From positions 372,001 to 436,000 of the forward strand of contig NW_027191419.1 of NCBI RefSeq assembly GCF_041146345.1: a DNA stretch of 64,000 nt, read 5' to 3'. Of this stretch, positions 1 through 11,389 are shown piece after piece; the first letter of the stretch is position 1, and each line of letters opens with the position of its first letter. The notes under the pieces are model-generated. The model had not been told where the DNA came from. It ran no database searches and saw nothing but the letters and a program-made list of their open reading frames with translations. Both the position numbers and the translations under genes were made by a program. This DNA comes from Neodothiora populina. Its lineage: Eukaryota.

Positions 1-1
1 A

Positions 2-1123
2 ACAGGACTCGCACCGACGTCGTCGTCGTCCTCCGCTACTATCCTCTCACAAACTGCAGTCACCGTCCCGACGTCCAAGAATCCACCTGCGCGTTGGTCG
101 ATGCAATCTGCTTACACTTTTGATTCATCCATAGCCAGCTCGCCGCCTTCTACCACCTGTCGAGCCCCGTCGTTGTTCGATCGTGGTTTCAGCGATGCTG
201 GCATGGACTCTTCCCGACCCACAACCCCCGACAGCGAAGACCTGGGATCACCACTTTTTCTTCCTACGCAGTACCAGTCGAAAAGGGGTTCCGCGGGTTA
301 TTTTCGGAGCATTCCCGCGCCTCCTTTTCGTCATGGCGGTCAAGATGATACTACGCCGTTCGATCAGTCATCGGATACCATTTCTTATGAAGCTGATGGA
401 GATATTTCTGCGATGGACCATGGCACCATCCTTGAAGAAGATGAGCCAGATTTGCATGCTGCTGATGATCCAGCGTCTCCTGACCGGCATGCTTCTGACT
501 TTGCCAAATTCCAAAAAGACAGTAATACACCGCCCAGGACAGACCAGGACATCCCTAATCGCACACATCGCCGAGTTGGGTCCCATGAATCTCTTATATC
601 GATACATGGCATGGACATTCACACACTGAAATCTCGCCCTTCTCAGCTGCTCACAGCTCGGAGCCCGCGGCCATTCACAGGCGGCCGATCGTTCTCCTCA
701 CAGCCAGTAGTCAGCGCAACAATGGCACACGCTGCGCGACCTGCCATGACACCCAGAACTTCCGATCCAAGCCACAGCTTACTCAGCGGCATGGCGGCCG
801 ACCAGAGAGCCATCTCTGCCGGCGCATCCGCAAATAAAGCCCCGGCAAGCAGAAAAGCAGGTGGTTGGTTGTTTGGAAGATGGGGCTTTACTCCGACACC
901 GACAGTCACGGTGTCTACACCTCTCGAGCACATGAAGGTGCAAAAGGTGCGGGAAACCGCAACGACGACGAAAGCAACTGCGTCACCAACGAAACTACGT
1001 CCCCCGGGCATCAATCAACCAGGCCCGATTCTCGGATTTCGAACACAGCCTGTGAGGGTGCCGCAACCCGTCCTGGTTACCTTGGACGAGGAAGCTCTGC
1101 GGCAAAGCCTTAGCGAGGCTTGA
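2..1123 (+). CDS. Hypothetical Ser/Pro/Thr-rich protein, C-terminal part (5' end probably upstream of the window)
   Basis: Frame open from base 2 to TGA at 1121-1123. C-terminal block GWLFGRWG...LRPPGINQPGPILGF...LDEEALRQSL looks protein-like; family not recognised. Confidence 0.7.
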   Translation, partial: TGLAPTSSSSSATILSQTAVTVPTSKNPPARWSMQSAYTFDSSIASSPPSTTCRAPSLFDRGFSDAGMDSSRPTTPDSEDLGSPLFLPTQYQSKRGSAGYFRSIPAPPFRHGGQDDTTPFDQSSDTISYEADGDISAMDHGTILEEDEPDLHAADDPASPDRHASDFAKFQKDSNTPPRTDQDIPNRTHRRVGSHESLISIHGMDIHTLKSRPSQLLTARSPRPFTGGRSFSSQPVVSATMAHAARPAMTPRTSDPSHSLLSGMAADQRAISAGASANKAPASRKAGGWLFGRWGFTPTPTVTVSTPLEHMKVQKVRETATTTKATASPTKLRPPGINQPGPILGFRTQPVRVPQPVLVTLDEEALRQSLSEA

Positions 1124-1711
1124 TTTTGTTTTACTGATTGCGAGCGAGCGAGCGTAGCCAACCTACATATGTACCTAAACTTCTGCGTTCTCTTTTGTCT
1201 TGATACCCGGTGCAGGCACTTTGCCTTGCACCTATTCTTGTCTTGCTCTTTTCTAGCCTGTTTCTTGGTACAGTCGCCCTTCTTACTGTAGACGCTCGTT
1301 AGTTCTATCTTTTTCTCAGTTGAAGTTTGCCTATGGTGCGCACTGCAGGTTGAGCGCAGTGGGCTGCGGCAAAGCGCTGGTACATAAGAGTTAGATATAA
1401 TCACCGCTCTATCTATTCTCACTAATGAAATAAATGTACAAATAAAGGAATTTTTTTTGGTTTGGAATACATGCAAGTGATGTTTCTTTTTGGGTGCCGG
1501 TATTGTTGTTTGGGTTACGATGAGAGATGGAAGAGAGTTCTTTCTTCCGCTTCTTGTCAGATGATTTACTTTCTCAGCCACTGTAACAACGACACTGTTT
1601 CAGCCGATTATTCTATTCAGTTTCTTGTCTGGCAAAATCGCATCCTGATCTCCACTGCGGAAGAAGAACCTCTGACGTGACATTTTACAGCAGTTGTGAA
1701 CGTCTCCAGCC

Positions 1712-3316
1712 CTACAACAAATCCACAATAGCCGTGTAAGCTGCCTTGGGCTTAAAGCTGCCATCGAACAGCAAAGGAGTAGACGATGCCCTCCACGAGT
1801 CCGTGTCACGCACACCCCACTCGGTGATACCGATACAGTTCTCGATGTCCAAGCACGCCTGCACGACGGTCTTGTAGTCGGCGGCAGCGGCGCCAGCGAC
1901 GTCGAGCTCGGTGATTGCGCATTCGGGCGCGGCGGCGCAGACGGCCTTGAGGCCCGCGGGCTCGTTGGCCGCGGTCGGGAAGCTGGAGGACTGCAGGTGG
2001 GTCTGCGAGCCGATGCCGTCGATGGGGATGCCCGCGGCGATCCACTTCTTGACGTGGCTGATGAGGCCGGTGGTTTTGGCGTAGGTCGCGCTGTCGAGGT
2101 TGTATTCGTTGATATACAGCTTGGCGGTCGGGTCGGCGGCGTGGGCGGCCTCGAAGGCGATCTTGATGTAGTCTTCGCCTAGCACGTTGTAGAAGACGTT
2201 GGCGCGCAGGCTGCCGTCTTCGTTGAAGGCTTCGTTTACTACGTCCCATGCGTAGATCTTGCCCTTGTAGCGGCCTACGACGGTGCTGATGTGGGTTTTC
2301 AGAACGCTGGTCAGAGTCGTGGCGTCGCTGATTTGGGATACCCATGATGGGAGCTGCGAGTACCATGCCAGGGTGTGGCCTATGTACATTCACAAGGGGG
2401 GATTAGTCCGCGTCGTTCTCTCGTCATTTTTCTTTCTATGCTGTTGCGAACTTACCTCTGATCATCTTCGAGTTGGCAACAGCCCAGTCAACGAGGTAGT
2501 CTGCTTCGTCAAAGCTGAAGACGCCCCGGGACTTTTCGGTTGCGTCCCACTTCATGCTGTTCTCGGGGGTCACGCAGCCGAAGTCATTCTGGATGATCTT
2601 GACGTTGTCTTGGACAGTCAAGCGGTTCTCATCTGTAGTGCACTTAGTCATATTTCTGCAAGTTGCACCCGGGCCCGACCCCGCGATTCGTTCTTACCGG
2701 TAGCCACGCCAAAGTACTTCTTGTTTTTTGCGATCAGAAGCTTGTTGATGCTGTCGGAAGGCTGCACAGCTGCGGTGGCGCCTGCAGCGGCCACCTTGAC
2801 TGCCTTGGTGGACGTAGCTGGGGCTGCAGAGCTAGCGTGAGACGCGACGGTCGAAGACGGCTTTATCGGAGCAGCACTGGTGGCGGCCACTGTTGCATGA
2901 GTTGCACTTGTCTTCGCGACTGAGACGGGAGTGGCTGCTTGCTTTCAGTATCAATCCTGCCTTCATGTTCGATTCCCTGTTCGACTGACCCTGTCCCTCG
3001 ACACACTGCGAATAGTAGTCATTCGCCTGAACGCACTGCCAGCCCGAGACACCTGCATATGGTCAGCTCATGTGTGCCATGCGCAGTATTGTTACAGTCT
3101 TACATGTGGTGGCACCGGTCCAGCCCACACCACCACCTGGAAGCGTGTCAGTTCTGTTTGTGCATCATTTTACTTCCAGTCTGCCTTACATTGGCCGTAC
3201 GCAGAAGCCTCAGCACGTCTGTGGAACTGCTTGACCTTGGTGCGCCAACGAGGCGCAGGAGCTGCTACGGCAAGGGAAGAAGCCGCAAGAAGGGCTGTAA
3301 TTGAAGAAAAATGCAT
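1712..3316 (-). CDS. Secreted endo-1,4-beta-xylanase, GH10, with N-terminal CBM1 and Ser/Thr/Ala linker; 5 introns
   Basis: ATG at 3316 gives signal peptide [18 protein letters not shown]. Spliced CBM1 reads [33 protein letters not shown]10 motifs [20 protein letters not shown] (acid/base) and ITELD (nucleophile). GT..AG introns with CTGAC/CTAAY-type branch sites. Confidence 0.95.
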
Positions 3317-4264
3317 GTTGGATTAGAGAAAGACAATGCAAAAGAGAATGAGCGTATTTGGTCAAATGAGCGACTTGAATGAAAAAAAGAAAGTTAGACA
3401 GAGAAACACAACTACCTGAGCTGTATCACTAGAAAAATGGCACGTAGAAGAGAGAGTGAGGAAGAGGCAAGCATGGTTATATCATTGTCGCCAGTGGCGG
3501 GACTTTACTTAGTCTGGATCATGCTTAGCGATCTCGTTATAGTGGTTCCGCTAGACATGCAAATCTAGAGCGGCCGTAGGTGAAACCCCTCGCATATTTC
3601 AAAGGTGGATGTATATCGTAAAGGGATGTTTCCAAGGCCAAGCGAGCTTGTAGGTTGTTTGAGGTTGATGATCAACGTCTGTGCTTTGCCCGTGCTTCCT
3701 TCGTTTAAACATCAGCCATAATGTGACTTATAGGTGTTCAAGGCCGCTCAGTGGTCGTCGATATTGTTCTGGGTCCAGCAATTGCTATAATATCTATGCA
3801 TAAGCCGCCGAGAACAATGAGGAGGGTATGGAAATAGACCGACTCAGCCGTTTTGGTAGCCATATGTTCAGTATGCACTTTAGGCACCCTTCCACTCACA
3901 TCCTTTCAGAGTGACAGGGATAGGCGAGGTGCCTATTCGACTATACAAAGTCGAATGAGTATAGGAGGTTATTGGCATAAAGTCTGTAACGGGAGGTCAA
4001 TCTTGTCAGATGCACTGTGTCGTGACATAGGGTCAGAATCAGATCCAATCGAATGAGCAAAGAAATCATATTCTCTATTTGCATTTTCTTTTTTAACTTT
4101 ACACGAGGATGAATCCCCGTTTACAAGGAATCTGATACTGGCTCTTGGGTTTACATGATAATGTATCCTCGAGTTCGGCTTTTTGTGACCAAATGACGTG
4201 TTCTCGTTCTTGGACGGGTCGAATTCCAAATTTGCACCGCAAGACGTCATAAGTTACAGGACAT

Positions 4265-5266
4265 CTATCGGTCCTTCTTGGGAGTGCTGTCAGCGGGAGA
4301 GACAGAGTCACCGAGGCGGTTGTACTCTGCAGACAAACCCGAAGCCTGCTTCTTAAGAGTCTCGATGTCACGGTCCTTGGCAGCAAGCTCACGCTTGAGG
4401 CGGCCGATCTCGCCCATGTCACCAGCGTTGTCGAGACCACCAGCGCTTTTGCCCTTGCTGACGGCGGGGTCACCCTTCATGCGCTTGTTCTCCTCTTCAA
4501 GGCGGAGGACGTCGAGGATCATGGTATAGGTACGGTTAAGGATGAGGGAGAGGAAGAGGGTGAAGCCGCAAAGGTACATGTTGCGTTGAGAGTAGAACTT
4601 GCGAGCCTGGACCTCCATGCGTTCGGGACCACCAATGGCAGCAGCACTGTATAGCAGGATTAGCGTCGTGTCAAGAGGCTCAAAGAAAGGTGAGAAAACT
4701 CACCCAGCACCCATGGCTGCTCCCTTGGCAGCTTGAGAAAGCTCAAGCTGGACGCGGTAAACGCGGTTGACACTGTCAATAAACAGGATCAAGATGAAGA
4801 CGAAAGTGATCTGGGACAAACGATGTTTAGCATGGCAAACGCACTCGGTCGACCATTAAAGAGAGTGATACCTTGATCCAATACTGCAATTTAGCTATAG
4901 CTGGACTTTCGGAGATGAAAGTCAAAAGCTTGCGCTTCCAGGTGAAGGGCATGGGGATGATGAGCGACATGAAGACGACCATCTCGAAGACCAAAAGGCC
5001 GAATACCTAGAAGAAAGCTATCGTCAGCAGAGCACGAGGCAGATAGCAGACAGGGATGTGCAGATGGACAGAAGTCAGAGAAATGCAGAAAACAGCACCG
5101 GAGAGTAGATCAAGCCCGCCATGTTGGTATGCAGAGGCAGAAACCCGAGACAGAGCTCGAGGGAGTATACGTGCTTGGTAGAGTTTTGGCGTAGACGTGG
5201 ATAGAGAAAGGTCTAAAATCGAACAGAGAGGCAGTAGTCACTTACAAGGCTGTAGTAGAGAGTCAT
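4265..5266 (-). CDS. YET3: BAP31/Yet-family ER membrane protein; 3 introns
   Basis: Spliced MTLYYSL|VFGLLVFEM...LFIDSVNRV...ARKFYSQRNMYLCGFTLFLSLIL, coiled-coil tail, C-terminal KKDR ER-retrieval signal. First intron 5007-5245. Confidence 0.9.
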
Positions 5267-5957
5267 GATGACTTAAATAAATTGAGCTGATCTGCTCGAT
5301 AACCCTGTCGGTGTGTTTTGTGAGGTGGGTATTGATTGGGGGATTGAACTGTGGACGTGCCAGCCAAGTGGGTCACGATAGGTGGTGTATATGATATGAA
5401 ACCGGGAATGCAGATGCTTCAGGTGTACGTTTTAGGAACAAGAGATACACTATCAGACAAACGATCGATCACGAGATTGATGCAGAAGTTGGAAAGCAGC
5501 AAAGTGGGATGGATGGAGACAGGAAAGGGTGAGGTGGCTCTTGTATGCAAAGTAAGGTAAGGTAGAAGCTTGGAACAGACGTGGTAGAGTGTTTAATCTA
5601 CGTCATTGTAATGAGGGCTCTGTGCGCTCGGGCCGAGGGCTATTTTCGATGACATTGTGTCTGAATAGAGGAAGAGATTTGGAATTTTAGATGACGGAGA
5701 GGTGGGCCTTTTCAGCAGAGATTGAGCAAATATTCGAGGTACATTTCAGTACGTACGATAACTCTCAGTACAGTGTGGCAAATGACTGGACAATTCGCTG
5801 ATACAATAATGGCAGGCTTGGCAATGTCTTCCCGCGGCTGCTGCTTATCGATAAAAAATCACGTCCGCAAAGGTTGATTGATTCTGCCAGCTCTTGCACA
5901 TCTGCACTAACCACCTTTCCTCTTCCTCTGCACATCAGTTCACTTGTCTTCGCTAGA

Positions 5958-8416
5958 ATGGACGGTGACGCAGCAAAGTCGCTGAATGGCGCTGCGACGG
6001 ATTCAGCCGCGCCCCTGACCAACAATCCTCTGGCACTCAATGAGACTTTGAAGAGACCAGCACCAGGCCAGGGCGAAGCAGATGTCCACCCTCAGCGGGA
6101 GGTGCTGCCTGGTGACTCCGCCGTCACTCGCGCTGAGAAGATCGAGCGCATACCACTGTCAGAAGCTGCACCGGTGGCGGGCGTGGAGGTGGCGGCCGAG
6201 ATCGACTCGCAGGATGCAGGTCACCCAGCCAAGCGCATCAAGACGCACAACGAGGATCTCGTGGAGGACCAACAGCAGGCCAATCAAACTGCGACTACAA
6301 GCGGTGGAGCTGAGGCGCCGACAATGCAGAGGCAGAAGGGTGCTGCTCCCATCAAGAAAGAGTATCTCGTCGAGAACCCCGTCACACGCAAGCCAGATCA
6401 GTCCGCCGAATCAGCCGTACCCGACGACGACGCTGCCGAAGCCGGTGGCAAGAACGACGGCGGCAACAAGAAGAAGAAGGAGCGCGGACAAAACAAAGCT
6501 AGGACTTTCGGAAGCTCCAGAGATGAACTGCAATTGTGCAAATCGCGCACTTACTCGCCTGAGTTCTCTCCGCAAGAGTGCCAGTTCGGCGATTCTTGCA
6601 GGTTCGAGCACAACCTGCGCACTTATCTCTCCAAAGGCAAGAGAGCGGATCTCACGACTTTCAACTCACAGTGCCCCATTTTCCAGATCAAGGGAAAGTG
6701 CAGCGCTGGCTGGAAATGCCGATTTGTTGGATCGCATTCGACAGAGCGAGACACCGAGGATGGACGCAAAGAGCTGGTGCTGATCGAGAAGCCTAACCCA
6801 TCAGCTTCAGCCGCTGAGGAGGATGAAGAGGAAGGCCTCGGTGTTGTCAACATTGTCCCCATGTCGGTCAAGATCCAATTGAGAAAGAAGAAGACAAAGC
6901 TGCCCAAGTCCGAGGCCTACGTTGCCTGGCTGGACAAGAGACAGAGTGAAGTGGACAGGTACTACAAATCCGTCAAGGCTGAGGCTACGACGGACGACAC
7001 CACAGAGCAACAAGACACCAAGCAGGACGTCAGAGCTGCCTTCACCGATCCGCCTTTCCGTCCATCAGAGAAGAGACGCATATACTATGGAGCTGAGACG
7101 CCCGTGCTTGCTCCATTGACCACCCAGGGTAACCTGCCCTTCCGTCGTCTTGCAGTTGACCTTGGTGCTCAAGTCACCTGGTCCGAGATGGCCATGGGTC
7201 TTCCACTCATCCAGGGCGAGAAAGGCGAGTGGGCTCTCGTCAAAGCTCACGAGTCCGAGCTGAAGCCTCCAAGGTACACGCCGAAGTCACTGGTTCAGTC
7301 GTATGACAATTCCAAAGACATCAAATTCGGTGTCCAACTCGCTGGAAACAAGCCCTGGAACGTTCTCAAGGCCACTGAAGTCCTCACCGCCAACTGCCCC
7401 TACTTGCGGGCTATCGACCTCAACTGCGGCTGCCCCATCGATCTTGTCTATCGCCAGGGAGCAGGCTCCGCTCTGTTGGACTCACCCGGAAAGTTGGAGA
7501 AAATCCTCCGAGGCATGAACGCGGTGTCCAATGAAGTCCCAATCACGGTCAAGATCCGCATGGGAACGAGAGACAACCATCCGACCGCCGACAAGCTTGT
7601 GCAGCGTCTTGTTCTCGGCGGCGAGGAGTCCGTCGACATTGGGGAAGGGCCCGCCGGTGTAGCAGCCATCACACTCCATGGCCGAAGCCGTCAGCAGAGA
7701 TACACTCGTGATGCCGACTGGGAGTACATCGCAGATTGTGCCGCTACAATCAACAGACTCCAGGAACAGCAAGCAAAGGTCACCGATACCATCAGACAGG
7801 CCGACGACCGAGATCTGACCTCTTCCAACAACGGAAATGTCTACTTTTGCGGAAACGGAGACTGCTATTCTCATATTGACTACTACAACGCCATCGAGCA
7901 CTCCAAGGTCGACTCCGTCATGATCGGACGTGGCGCCCTGATCAAACCGTGGATCTTCGAGGAAATTGCGTCGAACCAGTACCTCGACAAGAGCGCATCA
8001 GAGAGACTGGGATACATTGAGCAATTCGTACGATACGGCTTGGAGAACTGGGGATCGGACGAGGTTGGAGTTGGCGTCACCCGTCGTTTCCTGCTTGAGT
8101 GGTTGAGCTTCAGTTGTAGATACGTGCCCATTGGACTTTTGGAGCATCTGCCTCCTCGCCTAGGCGATCGTCCCCCTGCGTATCGTGGCAGAAACGAACT
8201 CGAGACTCTCCTCGCCAGTCCGAACTACAAGGACTGGATCAAGATTAGGTCAGTACACTATTACGTGGACCCCATGTTGTTGAACAACAACATCCTTGGT
8301 GACGAACGTCGGCTAACATATGACGTAGTGAAATGTTCCTTGGCCCAGCTCACAAGGACTTCCAGTTCGTGCCAAAGCACAAGTCCAACAGCTACGAGAT
8401 CGAGGCGGAAGGCTAA
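5958..8416 (+). CDS. DUS3: tRNA-dihydrouridine(47) synthase
   Basis: CCCH zinc fingers, [36 protein letters not shown]. Intron 8249-8328 restores the conserved tail EMFLGP...[10 protein letters not shown]; stop TAA 8414-8416. Confidence 0.95.
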
Positions 8417-9312
8417 ACATGTAGCTGGTTATAGACGTAGTTCTTTTACGCGACACGTGCCGAATTATATACAGACACGTTTTGTGAAAGACGATTATAA
8501 TGTCCTCAGCTGTGGCTCAATGACCAGAGTGGGACGCAGGGGGGGGGGGGGGCCTGGCTTATCTTCTGGCTAAATCAAATGGTTACCTACCAATCTAACC
8601 TATCCTTTGTAGAGCTAACGCACTACCCCCTCCCCCCCTCAAATCGAGTCAATAAAGTAAACTGCTGCTATGGGACCATGTATCTCAGCTTGCATCATGC
8701 ATGCACGATCTCGCAATAGAATAAACAGGTTACACACTGATTCGTGCAAAGAAAAGGGTGAGATGATGTGCGCCCTTTACATGGCTTGCGGGGTTGCATG
8801 CAGACCGGACGGCCCTCGCGACGACCTTCGGACAGACGGACGGGTCTCCAGGAGCACATTCGACCTATCATAATACGATATAAAGGACGAGCAGAAGAGG
8901 GCAAATTGACATGGGAATATACGCTAGGAACCTGGTAAGGAAAGGGAAAGACGAATCTGTAAAATGGGGGACTGCTCGCTATCTCTTATCCTCGCGTTCA
9001 ACAAAAAAAAGTGTTAGGAAAATCATAGAATCTCACAACACCTGGATGATGCACAATTAATCCCTTGGCGGATTATATGGTCGCGTCACAGATCCGCATA
9101 CTTAGTACCTTAAGGTAGTGTACAGAGCAGCAAGCAAGCAAGCATGTGGCACAAGTAAGGTACCTTACTGTACAAGCTTGCCATACCTAAGGTAACAGTA
9201 CAATAGCTCTTACGGACGTCGTAGATCCTAATGTGCGTCATCAGCACAGACGCCGCGCAGACAAGCATGCGGTAAGGTACACCTACACGACAGCAGGGTA
9301 CCTTACCTTGCC

Positions 9313-11389
9313 TCTTTGCCCTGGCAATCCATATTATCTGCTAGGCGGCGGCGGCGGCTGCGGCTGCGGCTAGCTGGTGCGGTATTTCTTGGTTGGACAT
9401 TTCCGTGGAGCTGGACCTTTACGATTGAAGTCACTCGGTGATCGCGAACCAGACTCTGGTGAAGGCCTTCGCGATGCGTACAATGGGCTCCATTATTTCT
9501 GACAACATACAGTGGTCGTGTCTGAACCACCATTGCAAGCGTCTACTTGTGATGGGCGGGTAAAGGGAAAGGTAGGGCACGATCGAGAATACGCGCCCAA
9601 CAATCTTATCTAGCTCCTCGATTATTGCTTTACACTTTCGTACAGCTCTGAAGCAACGAGGTCTCCCGTTCTGTAATGTTGGAGAAGCCGGTGAACCCGC
9701 GGCTTGAACGGTAAGAGATAGGAGTGGTCGCGGCTATTGCTCGACTGTCCCCAATACGGTAACTCTCGGACGACACCAAAGGCAGGTCGGTCAACAGTCC
9801 ACATACAAAGGTAGTTGTACACACTATTGTTTGACCTTGGTGGCAGGCCTCGCCAGGAAGCAATATCCATCGTAAATGAATACCCCGACTCACGCGCAAC
9901 AGCTAAGTACGGTGAGACTAGTCAAGCCAGCCGAGTCACGGCGAACAAATCCCGAGTAATGTCTTGGGTTAAACCACGGGGACCATTGTGTCAAAGCGCA
10001 AGATTCCGGGCCGGTCATTTCTTCCTAAGGCGACGACTTGTCTTACGACTTGAGATCCGCCGGTCGACGTGGTCAATAAGGTACGGAGCACATAGACTTT
10101 CCACAAATGTACCCTACCTTTGTAATCCTGACAGCTCTTTTGCCCAAGCGGTCACAGGTCGTTCGGCCGGCCTTTCTTCGTGTAGGAGTACTGTAATTTA
10201 TGTTCAAGGGTCTCAAGTCTTTTTTTATTGCAGCCAGTCCATATAGTCGCCAAGACTCGCGGAGGCGGTAGAACCGGTGAAACTACTGGGTGTTATTCAG
10301 ATTGCCGTGACTTACCACCCCCTCTGACTTAGAACAAGCTACTGTATGTAGGTCATGAGGCATGGGTGTCGGATACACAGACGGTCCAGTACCAAGGTGT
10401 GCAGCTCAGCCCGGACGGTCAAAGGCGTGGGCGGCGACCGGGCCTGAGGGTGGTGCGGAGGCGCAAGGTCCGAACTTCACACGACCCTGGAGCTAAGCAA
10501 GATTACCTTACCCTAACCCGCCATGTGAGAGCGCCAGCACAAGTACCCCTGCTGTGCTTGCTGTGTTCCACGTCTTTGCACAGGCTCACCTGGATGTTGG
10601 CTGGGAAGGAGGATTGGGTAGTGCTGTAAGCATAGCTCGTACAAGAAACTCTGTAGACTGTTGAGGGTTACCCTTAGGGAGACGACGGCGTCGGCAGATC
10701 CCACCCCATCCTCCACGGATGGCAGCGGACAACGTCTGACACGAAACACGACCGTCGAGCAATAGCGATAACGAGTAGAGGATGGCGACAGTCGAGCTTG
10801 TAGCTCGACTACTGATATGATATCGAAAAGAGACACGAGGCTGCGACTGCTGCTGCTATTGCTGCTATTGCTTCACGCCGTTGAAACCATTGTCCCTCGA
10901 ACTTATATTACTCGAACGCAGATCGATTTACATCATTGTCAGATCAAGAGTGGAGAACAAGAAGAGAGCGACGAAACAATGGAGATGCAATGCATTTATG
11001 ATTGCTTTTCCAACTGTATCATGGCAGAGGGTTCGTCCGGGGGCATGTGTGCCTTCAAGGGTGCAAGACAATTGCGGTTGATCGACATCGATCACGGTCC
11101 TGACTTATATAACCGAGCATGGCTCTAAGCGTCAAGGTTAGAGAAATCACACATTTTACCAGCCAATCAATCAGGCCGTGCGTCGTATTCATACACATTT
11201 GTTTTGAAGAAAGGGTATAGGATGGTCGACAGCGGAATAATAGATGATGGGAATAAAACAAACCCATTATTGTTGCCCAGCATCAAGGGAAAGCACAGCA
11301 TCTACCCGTTGGTCATGGCACAAAGGTTTCCCGGTGTAATGGATGGCCCCATAGCGGTGGCATTTAAAAATGGGCACAACGGGCAGAGA
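9313..11389 (+). ncRNA. Candidate large structured non-coding RNA (about 2 kb fold-back; possible telomerase RNA)
   Basis: No credible CDS. More than 12 nested complementary segment pairs, e.g. 9733-9749/10750-10766, 9933-9944/10302-10313, 10047-10058/10208-10219. ACCCTAACCC at 10510-10519. Ends and strand are inferred. Confidence 0.5.

Noticed and set aside
5874..8573. 899-aa ORF from the track as the DUS3 protein
   Set aside because: It starts at a TTG and reads through intron 8249-8328. The spliced form restores the conserved C-terminus.
8539..8640. G14 run and downstream C-rich tract 3' of DUS3 (G-quadruplex or hairpin)
   Set aside because: Simple homopolymers are common in fungal intergenic DNA, and there is no further support.
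9914..10248. Group I intron-like P7 words GAGACTA (about 9914) and ATATAGTC (10241-10248)
   Set aside because: Pairing them conflicts with the stronger nested helices, no P3/P4/P6 core is visible, and there is no host gene.
10811..10830. CTGATATGA...GAAA as a hammerhead ribozyme core
   Set aside because: Does not match CUGANGA, and flanking stems cannot be built.
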